A program made the translations under genes and the position numbers. The notes under the pieces are model-generated. The model had not been told where the DNA came from and did no database searches. It saw only the letters and a list, made by a program, of their open reading frames with translations. A stretch of DNA of 64,000 bases, from contig JAAYIH010000021.1 in NCBI GenBank assembly GCA_012523545.1, positions 4,357 to 68,356 of the forward strand, written 5' to 3'. This document shows positions 28,215 through 40,827 of the stretch, one piece after another (within the stretch, counting starts at the first letter, position 1; each line of letters begins with the position of its first letter). Origin of the DNA: Bacillota bacterium (GTDB lineage Bacteria; Bacillota; Proteinivoracia; UBA4975).

Positions 28215-28250
28215 GGCATAACAAAAAGCGGCCCTGTGGCCGCTTATATT
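28215..28250. terminator. Bidirectional hairpin terminator at the 3' end of the DUF1667 gene
   Basis: aaaaagcggccctgtggccgcttatattttt. Confidence 0.4.
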
Positions 28251-28588
28251 TTTGCCACGCTGCGGGCGGCGGTCAACTGCACCCCTGTTCCCGCCAAATC
28301 GGGGCAAATCACCTGCCCCATCCGCACCGGGGCCTTGACCCGAAGGCGGTTGGCGTGACGCAGGCAGTCCCTGAGCTTGGCTTTGGGCACCGGCGCCAAG
28401 GTGCGCACAGGCAACAGCTCCAGTTCTCCGCCTTCCAGGGCCACTGTGGTGGTCAGCACCCGCACCGGGTTGGTTACCTCAGCCAGGGCCCAGTCCCTGC
28501 CCCGGTTGCAGCGGTGGCCGCTGACCTCGCCAGAGTCGACGGTCAACCGGCACCCCATGGGGCAGACTATACAAGTCATGGTCTTCAT
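28244..28588 (-). CDS. DUF1667-domain protein (small Cys-containing partner of glycerol-3-phosphate-dehydrogenase-like oxidoreductases)
   Basis: N-terminus MKTMTCIVCPMGCRL. It overlaps the upstream oxidoreductase gene by 4 nt. Confidence 0.7.
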   Translation of the reverse strand: MKTMTCIVCPMGCRLTVDSGEVSGHRCNRGRDWALAEVTNPVRVLTTTVALEGGELELLPVRTLAPVPKAKLRDCLRHANRLRVKAPVRMGQVICPDLAGTGVQLTAARSVAKI

Positions 28589-29832
28589 CTTTTCTCACCT
28601 CGGCACAATATCTCCAGTTCTCCCGCTCCGGGAATGGCGGCGGCGGGCACCTTGATTTCCACCATTTCTGCCGGCAGAGCCACGGGACGCACCCGGCGCA
28701 GGACTTGCTCTTCGCCGCTGCGGAGAATGAATTCGGGCTTGCGCAGGGGCCTGCGCACCCGGAGCAGCAGGGTGACGTCTTCCTCTGCCGGCACACTGAT
28801 CCGTTGGGGCACCACATAACTGACATTGTCCCCCGCCTTGAGGGGAATGCACCTGCCGCGCTTGGGCCGGGCCAGCCAGCGCGCCGCCCCTGCCGCCGCC
28901 CGGCGGCTTTCCAGGGTGACAAAATCCACCAGGTCGTGAACGTGAACCACGTTGCCGCAGGCAAAGACGCCGTCGACACTGGTGTGCAGGTACTGGTCCA
29001 CCACCGGCCCCTGGCTGACGGGATCCATGGCCACTCCCAGCTGCCGCGACAGCTCGTTTTCGGGAATCAGCCCCACCGAGAGCAGGAGCAGATCACAGGG
29101 AATGTAGCGCTCGCTGCCCGGTATGGGCTGCAGATTGTCATCCACCCGGGCCAGGGTGACGCCCTCCAGGCGCTTGTGGCCGTGGATTTCGACTACGGTG
29201 TGGCTGAGGAGCAGGGGGATATTGAAATCATCCAGACACTGGGCGATGTTGCGGGCCAGGCCGTTGGACCAGGGCATAATCTCCGCCACAGCCTCCACTT
29301 TGGCCCCTTCCAGGGTCAGGCGCCGGGCCATGATAAGGCCGATGTCCCCAGAACCGAGGATGACGGCCCGCCGGCCGGGCAAAAAGCCCTCGATGTTGAT
29401 CAGGCGCTGGGCCGCCCCGGCGGTGTAGACACCCGCCGGCCGGGAACCGGGGATGTTGATGGCGCCCCGGGTGCGTTCCCGGCAGCCCATGGCCAGGATT
29501 ATGGCCCGGGCCTGGATTTCGTGCACTCCGTCGGCATTTACCGCCCGGACCATCCCGGGTTCAGCTTCCATGACCATTGTATCGGTCATGACCGCGATGC
29601 CTTCCCGCTGCATGGCATCGATGAAGCGCTGGGCATATTCCACCCCGGTCAGTTCTTCGCCAAAAAGATGCAGGCCGAAGCCGTTGTGAATACACTGTTG
29701 GAGAATGCCCCCCAGGAATTTGTCCCGCTCAATGACGAGGATGTCCCCGACGCCCAGGCGGCGGGCCTCCAGGGCGGCCCCCATACCAGCAGGGCCTCCG
29801 CCTATGATTACCAACTGACGGCTACTCTTCAT
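28585..29832 (-). CDS. FAD/NAD(P)-binding pyridine-nucleotide-disulfide-family oxidoreductase
   Basis: Two Rossmann GxGxxG motifs (VIIGGGPAGMGAA and AVILGSGDIGL). It sits between the GlpA-like gene and the DUF1667 gene. Confidence 0.75.
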   Translation of the reverse strand: MKSSRQLVIIGGGPAGMGAALEARRLGVGDILVIERDKFLGGILQQCIHNGFGLHLFGEELTGVEYAQRFIDAMQREGIAVMTDTMVMEAEPGMVRAVNADGVHEIQARAIILAMGCRERTRGAINIPGSRPAGVYTAGAAQRLINIEGFLPGRRAVILGSGDIGLIMARRLTLEGAKVEAVAEIMPWSNGLARNIAQCLDDFNIPLLLSHTVVEIHGHKRLEGVTLARVDDNLQPIPGSERYIPCDLLLLSVGLIPENELSRQLGVAMDPVSQGPVVDQYLHTSVDGVFACGNVVHVHDLVDFVTLESRRAAAGAARWLARPKRGRCIPLKAGDNVSYVVPQRISVPAEEDVTLLLRVRRPLRKPEFILRSGEEQVLRRVRPVALPAEMVEIKVPAAAIPGAGELEILCRGEKR

Positions 29833-31270
29833 CTCCCGCGCCTCCCTTGTTCAGTCGTCCGGCAACCAGCGGGGAACCGGGACCGGCCTTGGTCACCGCG
29901 CAGGGGGAAATCCCCAGCTCCCGGGCCACGATGGTTAACAGGCGGGGCTGGCAAAACCCGCCCTGGCAGCGGCCGGCGCCGGCCCGGGTTCTCTGTTTGA
30001 CGCCGTCCAGTGTAGTTGCGGAGACAGGACCGTGCAGGGCGTCCACAATTTCGCCCTCGCTGACCCCTTCGCAGCGGCAGATGATGCGTCCGTACAGGGG
30101 GTTGCGCTGAATCCAGCGCTGCCGTTCCTGCAAGGGAAGCTCCCGCAGGCGCAGGGTTGAGCGGCGGTCATGGTGCTCCTCCCTGGGTTGGAGGGGAATC
30201 AGCCCGGCCACCAGGCGGATCAGTTTGTCGGCGATGGCCGGGGCCGCCGTCAGGCCGGGAGACTGGATGCCGCCGGCGTCAATCCAGCCCCAAATCCGGG
30301 CCGAACTGCGAATGATGAAATCGCCGTCGACGGGCACCGCCCGGATTCCTGCAAAGGAGGATATGACCCGGTTAAGGGGCAAGTCGGGAAACAGCTGCAA
30401 AGCCGATTCCCGGACCCGGGCCAGGCCCTCCCGGGTGGTGGAGTTGTCTTCGCGATCCAGGATGTCCTCGGCGGTGGGACCGGCCAGGATGTTGCCGTCC
30501 ACGGTGGGCAGGACCAGGACGCCCTTGCTCTTGGGATTGGGCAGGGGAAAGACGGTGTGCTTTACCCATCCGTCCAGCTCCTTGTCCAGGAGCAGGTACT
30601 GGCCTTTGCGGGGCAGAATTTCGTAGCGTTCGGCCCCGGCCATGTGGGCCAGCAGGTCGGCGTGGACTCCTGCGGCATTGATTACAACCCGGGCGGCCAG
30701 CCTGCCGGCTGTGGTTTCCAGGCCCGCAATGCGGTCGTCCTCGGTCAGCACTCCGGTCACTCTGGTGTTGAACCTGAAAGTGACGCCGTTGACGGCAGCT
30801 ACCTGGGCAAAGGCCAGGGTCATTTCCCAGGGCGAAATCAGGCCGGCCGTGGGAGCATAGAGGGCCGCCGCCACATCTTTGGCAATGTTGGGCTCCCGGT
30901 TCAGCACTTCATCCCGGCCCAGGATGGCCAGATCAGGCACGCCGTTGGCCCGGCCCCGGCGCAACAATTCCTCGAGTTGCTCTTCTTCACCCTCCCTGGC
31001 CACCACCAGCGAACCGTTGTTGCGGAACGGCACGTCCAGCTTGCGGCACAAATCGGGATACATGGCGTTGCCCTGCACGTTGAGGTCCGCCATCAGGGTC
31101 CCCGGCGGCGGATCATACCCGGCATGGATAATCCCGCTGTTGGCCCGGCTTGCGGCCATGGCCACATCGGGTCCCTGCTCCACCACCAGCACCCTGAGTT
31201 TGTACTTGGACAGGGAGTACGCCGCCGCACAGCCGACAATTCCCGCCCCGATGATTATTACATCATGCAT
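29822..31270 (-). CDS. FAD-dependent glycerol-3-phosphate-dehydrogenase-like oxidoreductase with a C-terminal BFD-like [2Fe-2S] domain
   Basis: The N-terminus has a DVIIIGAGIVGCAAAY FAD motif. The C-terminus has CRCEGV...GAGRCQGGFC, a BFD-like Cys pattern. The start is probably the ATG at 31270 (GGGAGTGAGG RBS); the track start at 31279 is a GTG. Confidence 0.75.
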   Translation of the reverse strand: MHDVIIIGAGIVGCAAAYSLSKYKLRVLVVEQGPDVAMAASRANSGIIHAGYDPPPGTLMADLNVQGNAMYPDLCRKLDVPFRNNGSLVVAREGEEEQLEELLRRGRANGVPDLAILGRDEVLNREPNIAKDVAAALYAPTAGLISPWEMTLAFAQVAAVNGVTFRFNTRVTGVLTEDDRIAGLETTAGRLAARVVINAAGVHADLLAHMAGAERYEILPRKGQYLLLDKELDGWVKHTVFPLPNPKSKGVLVLPTVDGNILAGPTAEDILDREDNSTTREGLARVRESALQLFPDLPLNRVISSFAGIRAVPVDGDFIIRSSARIWGWIDAGGIQSPGLTAAPAIADKLIRLVAGLIPLQPREEHHDRRSTLRLRELPLQERQRWIQRNPLYGRIICRCEGVSEGEIVDALHGPVSATTLDGVKQRTRAGAGRCQGGFCQPRLLTIVARELGISPCAVTKAGPGSPLVAGRLNKGGAGDEE

Positions 31271-31293
31271 CTGCCTCACTCCCTTACCGAATC

Positions 31294-31333
31294 AAAAAAG
31301 CCGCGACAATTACACGCAGGTAATTGTGCGGCT
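31294..31333 (-). terminator. Rho-independent terminator of the MATE gene
   Basis: On the minus strand, an agccgcacaattac...gtaattgt(c)gcggct hairpin is followed by UUUUUUG. Confidence 0.5.
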
Positions 31334-31416
31334 CTCCACGTCTCAGCCGAATTCCTTCGTTGGGATATTCATTTTGAGTACAGTTTACACCACCGCCGGC
31401 AAAATGGCAAGGGGGA

Positions 31417-32793
31417 CTAGGCTGTTACCCGGATTTCCGTCTCCAGCCATGCGCCCCGGCGTTGCCATATGAAAAGAATCAGCCATTCCACCGCCACCGA
31501 AAGGGCGATGGCCCACCAGATGATGTCCACCGGCAGGCGCAGCAGCCTGGAGCCGACGGCCGCCACCGGCAGTTTGACCAGCCAGTTGGCGATAAAACCG
31601 GCCCAAAAGGTGGGCATGGTATAACCAGCCCCCTTGAAAATCCCGCCCAGGACGCCGGCGCTGGCACCCAGGATCAGACCTATGCTGCAGATCCGGACAT
31701 AACCGACGCCCGCCGCCATGGCCACAGGGTCGTCGCCCAGGAAAAAGGCGTTGACGGGAACGGCCAGAGCAAAGTACAAGGCGCCGATAACCACCTGGAC
31801 GGCAATGCCAAGCAAAATCAGGCGGCGCGCAGCCAGCCGGGCCAGGGACTTGTCGCCGCTGCCCAGCACCTGCCCCGTCAAAGTGGTGGCGGCCACCGAC
31901 AGCCCGCTGAGAAAGACAAAAATCAGCCCGATGATGCGCTGGCCGGCGCCAAAGGCGGCAGCAGCGGCTTCGCCATAGCCGCTCATGACCAGCCAGAACA
32001 TCACCGTGCCGGTGGAAGAGCGGGCCGCCGACTGCAGGCAGGCGGGCATGCCGATGCGAAGAATATTGGCCAGAATGGAAGCGTTGAAGGGTACCAGCAG
32101 GGTGGTGACCGCCAGTTCCCGGCGCCGGAAAAGAATGAACAGCAAGACGGCCAGGGCCAGGGCATTGGCCAGGGTGGTGGCCCAGGCCGCGCCCAGCACC
32201 CCCAGCGCCGGCAGGCCCAGCCAGCCGAAGATCAGGACGGGGTCCAGAATGATGTTGAGCAAATTGGCGGCCATCATCACCAGCATGGGCGTGCGGGTGT
32301 CCCCGATACCTTGCAGTGCAGCGCTGACAGAAACGGACCCGAAAGTAAAGATCAGGCCCAAAACAGTTACATGGAGGTAGTCCACCGCCAGGGGCAGAAT
32401 CGCCATGTCATCGGTAAACAATGTCAAAAGGGGCTCGGCAAAAGCATAGGCCAGGCCGCCAATGGCTCCGGCCATGGCCAGGCCCAGCCAAAAGCTGTGG
32501 GCAATGATGCGGGCCATGAGCTCGCGCTCCCCCGCCCCTTCAAAACGGGCAATCATGGACACGGTGCCGATGCCAATGGCCTCGGTGAGGGACATAAACA
32601 GCCAGAGCAACGAACCGGCCAGGGCGGGGATGGAGACCATGACGGCGCCCAGGCGGCTGACCCAAAAGGTGTCCACCAGGTTAAAGCTCATATGCAAAGC
32701 CTGGCCCAACATAACCGGCCAGGCCAGTTTCCAGATGTCCCTGTACAGAGATGCTGCAGTCAAGCTGAGCAAACGGGGCTGGACCCGGGACAT
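31417..32793 (-). CDS. MATE-family multidrug/oligosaccharidyl-lipid efflux transporter
   Basis: Twelve predicted transmembrane helices and a MATE N-terminal motif (LAWPVMLGQALHMSFNLVDTFWVSRLG). Confidence 0.85.
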   Translation of the reverse strand: MSRVQPRLLSLTAASLYRDIWKLAWPVMLGQALHMSFNLVDTFWVSRLGAVMVSIPALAGSLLWLFMSLTEAIGIGTVSMIARFEGAGERELMARIIAHSFWLGLAMAGAIGGLAYAFAEPLLTLFTDDMAILPLAVDYLHVTVLGLIFTFGSVSVSAALQGIGDTRTPMLVMMAANLLNIILDPVLIFGWLGLPALGVLGAAWATTLANALALAVLLFILFRRRELAVTTLLVPFNASILANILRIGMPACLQSAARSSTGTVMFWLVMSGYGEAAAAAFGAGQRIIGLIFVFLSGLSVAATTLTGQVLGSGDKSLARLAARRLILLGIAVQVVIGALYFALAVPVNAFFLGDDPVAMAAGVGYVRICSIGLILGASAGVLGGIFKGAGYTMPTFWAGFIANWLVKLPVAAVGSRLLRLPVDIIWWAIALSVAVEWLILFIWQRRGAWLETEIRVTA

Positions 32794-32810
32794 TTTGCAT
32801 CACTCTTTCT

Positions 32811-33689
32811 TTATACAGATTCATCCCGGGGCAAAGCCAGGGGAAAGACCTCCTTTTCCATGACCAGCCACTGGTCGGGAGCGTGCTGTTCCAGACAGTG
32901 CTCCAGGTAGGGCTTGACTTCATGGTAGGCCTCGAAGGGCACCGCCGACGTGAGGAACTGACGTTCTTCGGCGCAGATAATGCCCTGCAACAAGTCCATA
33001 GTCAGCTTGGGACGGGCATCGACATAGCGCAGGATCATGGAGTCTTCCACATAACGGACCACCGCCACACCGGCCACCGTTCCGCCTTCAAGAATTGCAT
33101 AGACCTGGCCCGCTTCCAGCAGTTCTGCCAGGTAAGCCTTGGTAAACCCGCGCAAGGTGTACTCTTCGCAGAAGATCAGCCCTTCACAACGCCGGTAAGT
33201 CTGGCTGTACTGGAGATATTGCCAGATATCTTCCAGCATTTGCGGCGCTGCCGGCCGGAGCGGCTCGCCGGAATTAAACTTCTTGCGCAGTTTTTCCCGG
33301 TACCCTACCACCCAGATTCCCCGGCGCTCAAAGCCAAGGTTGTGCTGAAGGGCAGCCTGGGTTTCCCAGTTGTCGGTGGAAGTAAGGATGCGCACGGTGT
33401 TGCAGCCCCGCTCCTGGGCGAGCTGCATCAGCCCTATGACCAGTTGACGTCCCGTCTCTTCCTTGCGGTACTTGGGCAACAGCCTGAGCCCCAGGATTTG
33501 GGCGTCGGTGGGCGCAGGAAAATCCAGGCAGCCCAGGCCCACGACCTCGCCATCCTGTTCGGCTATGTACAGACATCCCCGTTGCATCCAGGTATTGTAA
33601 ACCATATGTACCAGGTTTGAGTCGTAATGCTTGCTTACTTCGCTGATGACGGGACGATCGTCTTCAGTAGCAAGTCTGATGTTAAGCAT
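32811..33689 (-). CDS. GNAT-family acetyltransferase, apparently with two tandem GNAT-like domains
   Basis: The start was moved to the ATG at 33689, spaced 10-11 nt from GGAGGGA. The N-terminal GNAT core reads ..IAEQDGEVVGLGCLD...RKEETGRQLVIGLMQLAQERG. The upstream 195 nt of the track ORF is an extension that overlaps the esterase gene. Confidence 0.6.
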   Translation of the reverse strand: MLNIRLATEDDRPVISEVSKHYDSNLVHMVYNTWMQRGCLYIAEQDGEVVGLGCLDFPAPTDAQILGLRLLPKYRKEETGRQLVIGLMQLAQERGCNTVRILTSTDNWETQAALQHNLGFERRGIWVVGYREKLRKKFNSGEPLRPAAPQMLEDIWQYLQYSQTYRRCEGLIFCEEYTLRGFTKAYLAELLEAGQVYAILEGGTVAGVAVVRYVEDSMILRYVDARPKLTMDLLQGIICAEERQFLTSAVPFEAYHEVKPYLEHCLEQHAPDQWLVMEKEVFPLALPRDESV

Positions 33690-34431
33690 TCTCAACATTC
33701 CCTCCAGTCCTGCAAGATATAAAATGAGCAACGCGATTACACACCAATGCCGATGCATCGCCCAACAACAACATATGCCCGCCGCCCTCCACAACAAACA
33801 GCTCTTTATCCGCGGCGGACAGATGGGCAAAAATATAGTCGGCGCTGCGGGGCTCGACCGTGCGGTCGGCGCTGCCCTGGACAACGAGAGCCGGCACTCT
33901 GAGTGCGGGCAGAACCCGCCGTACAGCCCTGATCAGCTGGAGCAAATCGACGATGTTCTTTACTGCCACCCGCTGGTAGCGCCAGGATGGAAAGCGAAAT
34001 TGCCTGGGCTGGCCCATGTCGACGTACCTGCGAAAGTGCCGGAGCAACCCGGCAAGCCATATAAACCGGGGCAACGGCCAGATGGGAGCGGCCAGGCACA
34101 CAAGCCCCTGCACCGGCTGCCGCGACGCCGCCATGGCTGCCAGCAATCCGCCCATGGAAAAGCCGACCACCCAGACCCGGGCGCATTGTGCCCGTAAAAG
34201 CGTAAGTTCACTCTCGACGGCGGCCAGCCAATCCCGCCAACCGTACTTGGCCATATCCTCGCAACTGGTGCCGTGGCCCGGCAGGAGCACCTCGCGAACT
34301 GTGTAACCGCAGCTGTGCAAATGCCTGGTTAAAGGGCGCACATCCAGGGGGCAGCTGGTAAAGCCGTGAATTAAAAGACAACCGGTGCTGCCGCCCCGCA
34401 AAAACAGGGGCGCGCAAATTGCCTTGTGCAC
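33682..34431 (-). CDS. Alpha/beta-hydrolase carboxylesterase (Est/YvaK-like)
   Basis: LLIHGFTS... and the nucleophile elbow GFSMGG. Confidence 0.75.
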   Translation of the reverse strand: MHKAICAPLFLRGGSTGCLLIHGFTSCPLDVRPLTRHLHSCGYTVREVLLPGHGTSCEDMAKYGWRDWLAAVESELTLLRAQCARVWVVGFSMGGLLAAMAASRQPVQGLVCLAAPIWPLPRFIWLAGLLRHFRRYVDMGQPRQFRFPSWRYQRVAVKNIVDLLQLIRAVRRVLPALRVPALVVQGSADRTVEPRSADYIFAHLSAADKELFVVEGGGHMLLLGDASALVCNRVAHFISCRTGGNVENA

Positions 34432-34495
34432 CGCCGATACCCCCTTCAGTTTATTATACCTGCAGTCGGCGAAATAAACAATACTGTCCCCTGCC

Positions 34496-34584
34496 TGGAC
34501 AACGGGGACGGTTCTTTTTGTCCAGTCAGAGATTGCCTAGCGTTGCGCTTCTGACTGGACAAAAAGAACCGTCCCCGTTGTCCA
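34496..34584. repeat. REP-like long perfect palindrome (34-35 nt arms, about 19 nt loop), copy 1
   Basis: The left arm tggacaacggggacggttctttttgtccagtcaga is the exact reverse complement of the right arm. It starts about 5 nt after the MBL-fold gene stop. A second near-identical copy lies at about 35322..35387. Confidence 0.8.
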
Positions 34585-34589
34585 AGGGT

Positions 34590-35297
34590 CTACTTAAATT
34601 CGTGCTGAATGAGTTCGATGGATTTCTTGATCATGGGGTGCCAGCGTTCCACCACCTGGTGCCGGGACAGCACCTGGTTGAAAATATCCTGAGGTGTAAG
34701 ACCCTGGGCCGTCCAGGTGCGCACGGCTTCGATATACTCTTCCAGCCACTGGCGTTGCCGGGTCAACACCTCTTTCCCTCCTTGGGGACCATGGCCGGGC
34801 ACGACGGTGTCCACCTTCCACCCTTCCAATTCGGTTAAGGCCGCCAGCCAGTCTCTGTACACCGCCTCGCCCATGTAGGGCACCCGTCCGGCAAAGACCA
34901 GGTCGCCGGTGAAGAGGAGTTTGCGCTTGGGGAAGTAAATTACCGCACTGCCGGGGCTGTGCCCGCCATAGTGTTTGAGCATTACCGGCTCGCTGAGGAA
35001 GAGCTCCATTTCCTGGGAAAAGGTGATGGCAGGCAGGGCAGACGCCTTGGCCTGCTCCATTCGCTTGCGTGCCGGAGCGGAACTGATGATGGGACAGGCA
35101 AACAGGGAATTGCCGGCCAGGTGATCGCCGTGCTCGTGGGTGTTAATGACATAGAGGACCTCGCCGTGCTTTTGCGCTTCGGCCTGAACCTGCCGGGCGC
35201 CATCGGGGTCCACCGAGGTGTCAATGACCAGCACTCCCTCGCGCAGAATTACCACCGAGGCATTGACCCTGTCCCCCAAAACAACATGCTTGCTCAT
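34590..35297 (-). CDS. Metallo-beta-lactamase-fold hydrolase
   Basis: ATG at 35297 after AGGAGGTG. The HxHxDH motif is present (VINTHEHGDHLAGN). The TTG-initiated upstream extension in the track runs through the palindromic repeat and is discarded. Confidence 0.75.
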   Translation of the reverse strand: MSKHVVLGDRVNASVVILREGVLVIDTSVDPDGARQVQAEAQKHGEVLYVINTHEHGDHLAGNSLFACPIISSAPARKRMEQAKASALPAITFSQEMELFLSEPVMLKHYGGHSPGSAVIYFPKRKLLFTGDLVFAGRVPYMGEAVYRDWLAALTELEGWKVDTVVPGHGPQGGKEVLTRQRQWLEEYIEAVRTWTAQGLTPQDIFNQVLSRHQVVERWHPMIKKSIELIQHEFK

Positions 35298-35321
35298 GAA
35301 AACACCTCCTGCAGAGTAATC

Positions 35322-35387
35322 AAGGGGACGGTTCTTTTTGTCCAGTCGGAACCGCTGCGAGGTGTGACTGGACAAAAAGAACCGTCC
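35322..35387. repeat. REP-like palindrome, copy 2 (24 nt core arms, extended partial arms)
   Basis: The left arm ggggacggttctttttgtccagtc is the reverse complement of the right arm, and it shares the same core as copy 1. It lies between the pyrophosphatase stop and the MBL-gene start. Confidence 0.75.
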
Positions 35388-35413
35388 CCATTGTCCGTTC
35401 CCGTGTCCGGGGA

Positions 35414-37468
<2,055 letters not shown>

Positions 37469-37555
37469 CCTCCTTATATTGACTCAAAAAAGATACCCCA
37501 ACTCGGCTCAGCTCGGCTGGAATATCTCCGCCGGGAAGCGAACGAAGTCAAGGTA

Positions 37556-37783
37556 TTAACGGGCAATGATAAAGGCCAAAAGAACAGAACTCAGCATAAA
37601 TAATACAGCAAAAGCGGTGGTAATGCGGGCCAGTTTTTCTTCCAGACCTTTTCTCTTGCCGAAAAAGGTTTGGGCTCCGCCGCCAATTGCGCCCATGCCT
37701 GCGCTCCGGCCGGGTTGCAGGAGCACGTTAATTATTACCCCCGCTGCCAGAACCACGTGTATGATTTTGAGAGCCAGTTCCAA
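37556..37783 (-). CDS. secG: Preprotein translocase subunit SecG
   Basis: ..VLLQPGRSAGMGAIGGGAQTFFGKRKGLEEKLARITTAFAVLFML... is the SecG core. The start was chosen at an in-frame TTG 6 nt after GGAGGTGG, giving 75 aa. An ATG 27 codons upstream is the alternative. Confidence 0.7.
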   Translation of the reverse strand: MELALKIIHVVLAAGVIINVLLQPGRSAGMGAIGGGAQTFFGKRKGLEEKLARITTAFAVLFMLSSVLLAFIIAR

Positions 37784-38025
37784 ACCTTGCCACCTCCATA
37801 TCCGCATAAGACTAAGGAAAATTGTATCACAGCAGCAAATAAAAAACAACCGCGCATAGGGCTTAACCATGGAGAATCCAGGCATCGGCAACAGCGGTGG
37901 GGATTGGCCTTGACCGCGGTCACGCCGGCGGCGCCGGCAACCTTATTGCAGTCCCGGATGACGCAAGGACGGATGCGAAAACAGGCAAAGCCCAGGGGGC
38001 GGATTCCCGCCCCCTGCTTTTTGCG

Positions 38026-39312
<1,287 letters not shown>

Positions 39313-39315
39313 TCA

Positions 39316-40827
39316 TCACTCCTCGATCAGTGATTTCCCCGTCATTTCCGGGGGCTGTTCCAAACCCAGCAGTTCCAGCACTGTGGGGGCAATGTCGCTC
39401 AAGGCGCCGGACCGCACGCGCCTGACCTGCGGCCAAGCTACAATTAAAGGAACGGGGTTGGCGGTGTGGGCTGTATGAGGGTCGCCCTGGGCGTCCACCA
39501 TAACATCGGCATTGCCGTGATCCCCGAACAGGAGCATGGCCCCGCCGGCTTCCCGGGTCGCCTCCCATATCCGGCCCACGCATTCGTCCACCACTTCGCA
39601 GGCCCGGACCGCCGCCTCAAACTTGCCGGTATGTCCGACCATGTCGGGGTTGGCGTAGTTGAGGACCACCAGGGCATACTCACCGGAGGCAATGCGCCGG
39701 CAGGCCTCTTCGGTGACGGGGTAAGCGCTCATCTCGGGCTGCAAATCGTAGGTGGCCACCTTGGGCGACGGGATGAGCACCCGGTCCTCGCCGGGCAGTT
39801 CCCGCTCGTCGCCGCCGCTGAAGAAGTAGGTGACGTGGGCATATTTTTCCGTTTCCGCTATACGCAGTTGCCTGAGGCCGGCGGCGCTGATAACCTGGCC
39901 CAGGGTGTTGACCAGCTCCTCCGGCGGAAAGGCCACGGGAGCAGCAATGGTCTCGTCGTACATCGTCATGCACAGGAAGTGTACTTTCAAGCCTTCCTCG
40001 CACTCAAAATGGGGAAAGTCTTCATCCACCAGGGCGCGGGTTATTTGCCGCATGCGATCGGGCCGGAAATTAAAGGCGATTACGCTGTCTCCCGGCTTAA
40101 TGGTACCCTGGGGCTCGACGACGGCGGGCAGGACAAACTCGTCGGTGACGCCCCGGGCGTAAGAATCCTCTACGGCCCGGGCAGCGCTTGGGACCCGGGG
40201 ACCCCGGCCCCAAACCATGGCGGCGTAAGCCTTGGCAGTGCGATCCCAGCGCTTATCCCGGTCCATGGCATAGTAGCGCCCGCCCACGGTGGCAATGGTC
40301 CCCACCCCGATGCGCCGGCAGGCTTCCTCCAGCCATTCCAGGTAACCCAGGGCGGATTTGGGCGGAACGTCGCGGCCGTCCAGGAAGGGGTGCAGGTAAA
40401 CCCTGGGCACTCCCTGCTGTTTGGCCATGCGCAGCAGAGCTTCAATGTGGTCCAGCGAACTGTGTACGCCGCCGTCGGAAAGCAGCCCCAGCAAATGCAG
40501 AGCGCCCCCGGGGGGAACGGCGGCCATGGCTTCCACCAGCCGGGGATTGGTGAAAAAGGTCCCCTCTTCGATCGCCTTGGAGATGCGGGTGAGGTCCTGA
40601 TAAACCACCCGGCCGGCGCCGATGTTCAGGTGCCCCACTTCGGAATTGCCCATCTGGCCGGGAGGCAGCCCCACATCTATGCCGCTGGCCTGGAGAGCAG
40701 CGGCGGGAAACAGGCTTTGCAACCGGTCGATGTTGGGCGTGCGGGCGGCGCGGATGGCATTTCCGGAGTCGGGGCCCAGGCCCCAGCCATCCAATATGAC
40801 GAGGACCACAAAGCGGGGGCGGCTCAT
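39316..40827 (-). CDS. gpmI: 2,3-bisphosphoglycerate-independent phosphoglycerate mutase
   Basis: A 503-aa iPGM with a conserved N-terminus ([13 protein letters not shown]). Confidence 0.95.
   Translation of the reverse strand: MSRPRFVVLVILDGWGLGPDSGNAIRAARTPNIDRLQSLFPAAALQASGIDVGLPPGQMGNSEVGHLNIGAGRVVYQDLTRISKAIEEGTFFTNPRLVEAMAAVPPGGALHLLGLLSDGGVHSSLDHIEALLRMAKQQGVPRVYLHPFLDGRDVPPKSALGYLEWLEEACRRIGVGTIATVGGRYYAMDRDKRWDRTAKAYAAMVWGRGPRVPSAARAVEDSYARGVTDEFVLPAVVEPQGTIKPGDSVIAFNFRPDRMRQITRALVDEDFPHFECEEGLKVHFLCMTMYDETIAAPVAFPPEELVNTLGQVISAAGLRQLRIAETEKYAHVTYFFSGGDERELPGEDRVLIPSPKVATYDLQPEMSAYPVTEEACRRIASGEYALVVLNYANPDMVGHTGKFEAAVRACEVVDECVGRIWEATREAGGAMLLFGDHGNADVMVDAQGDPHTAHTANPVPLIVAWPQVRRVRSGALSDIAPTVLELLGLEQPPEMTGKSLIEE

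Noticed and set aside
27887-28819. Plus-strand ORFs 27887..28819 and 28038..28358 lying across the gene-free spacer and the DUF1667 and oxidoreductase genes
   Set aside because: No RBS and no domain similarity, and they are antisense to two good minus-strand genes. The spacer itself (27848-28243) is kept as a region of interest.
35298-35375. A TTG-initiated upstream extension of the MBL-fold gene
   Set aside because: It runs through the palindromic REP-like repeat. The ATG at 35297 has an AGGAGGTG RBS and begins the conserved domain.
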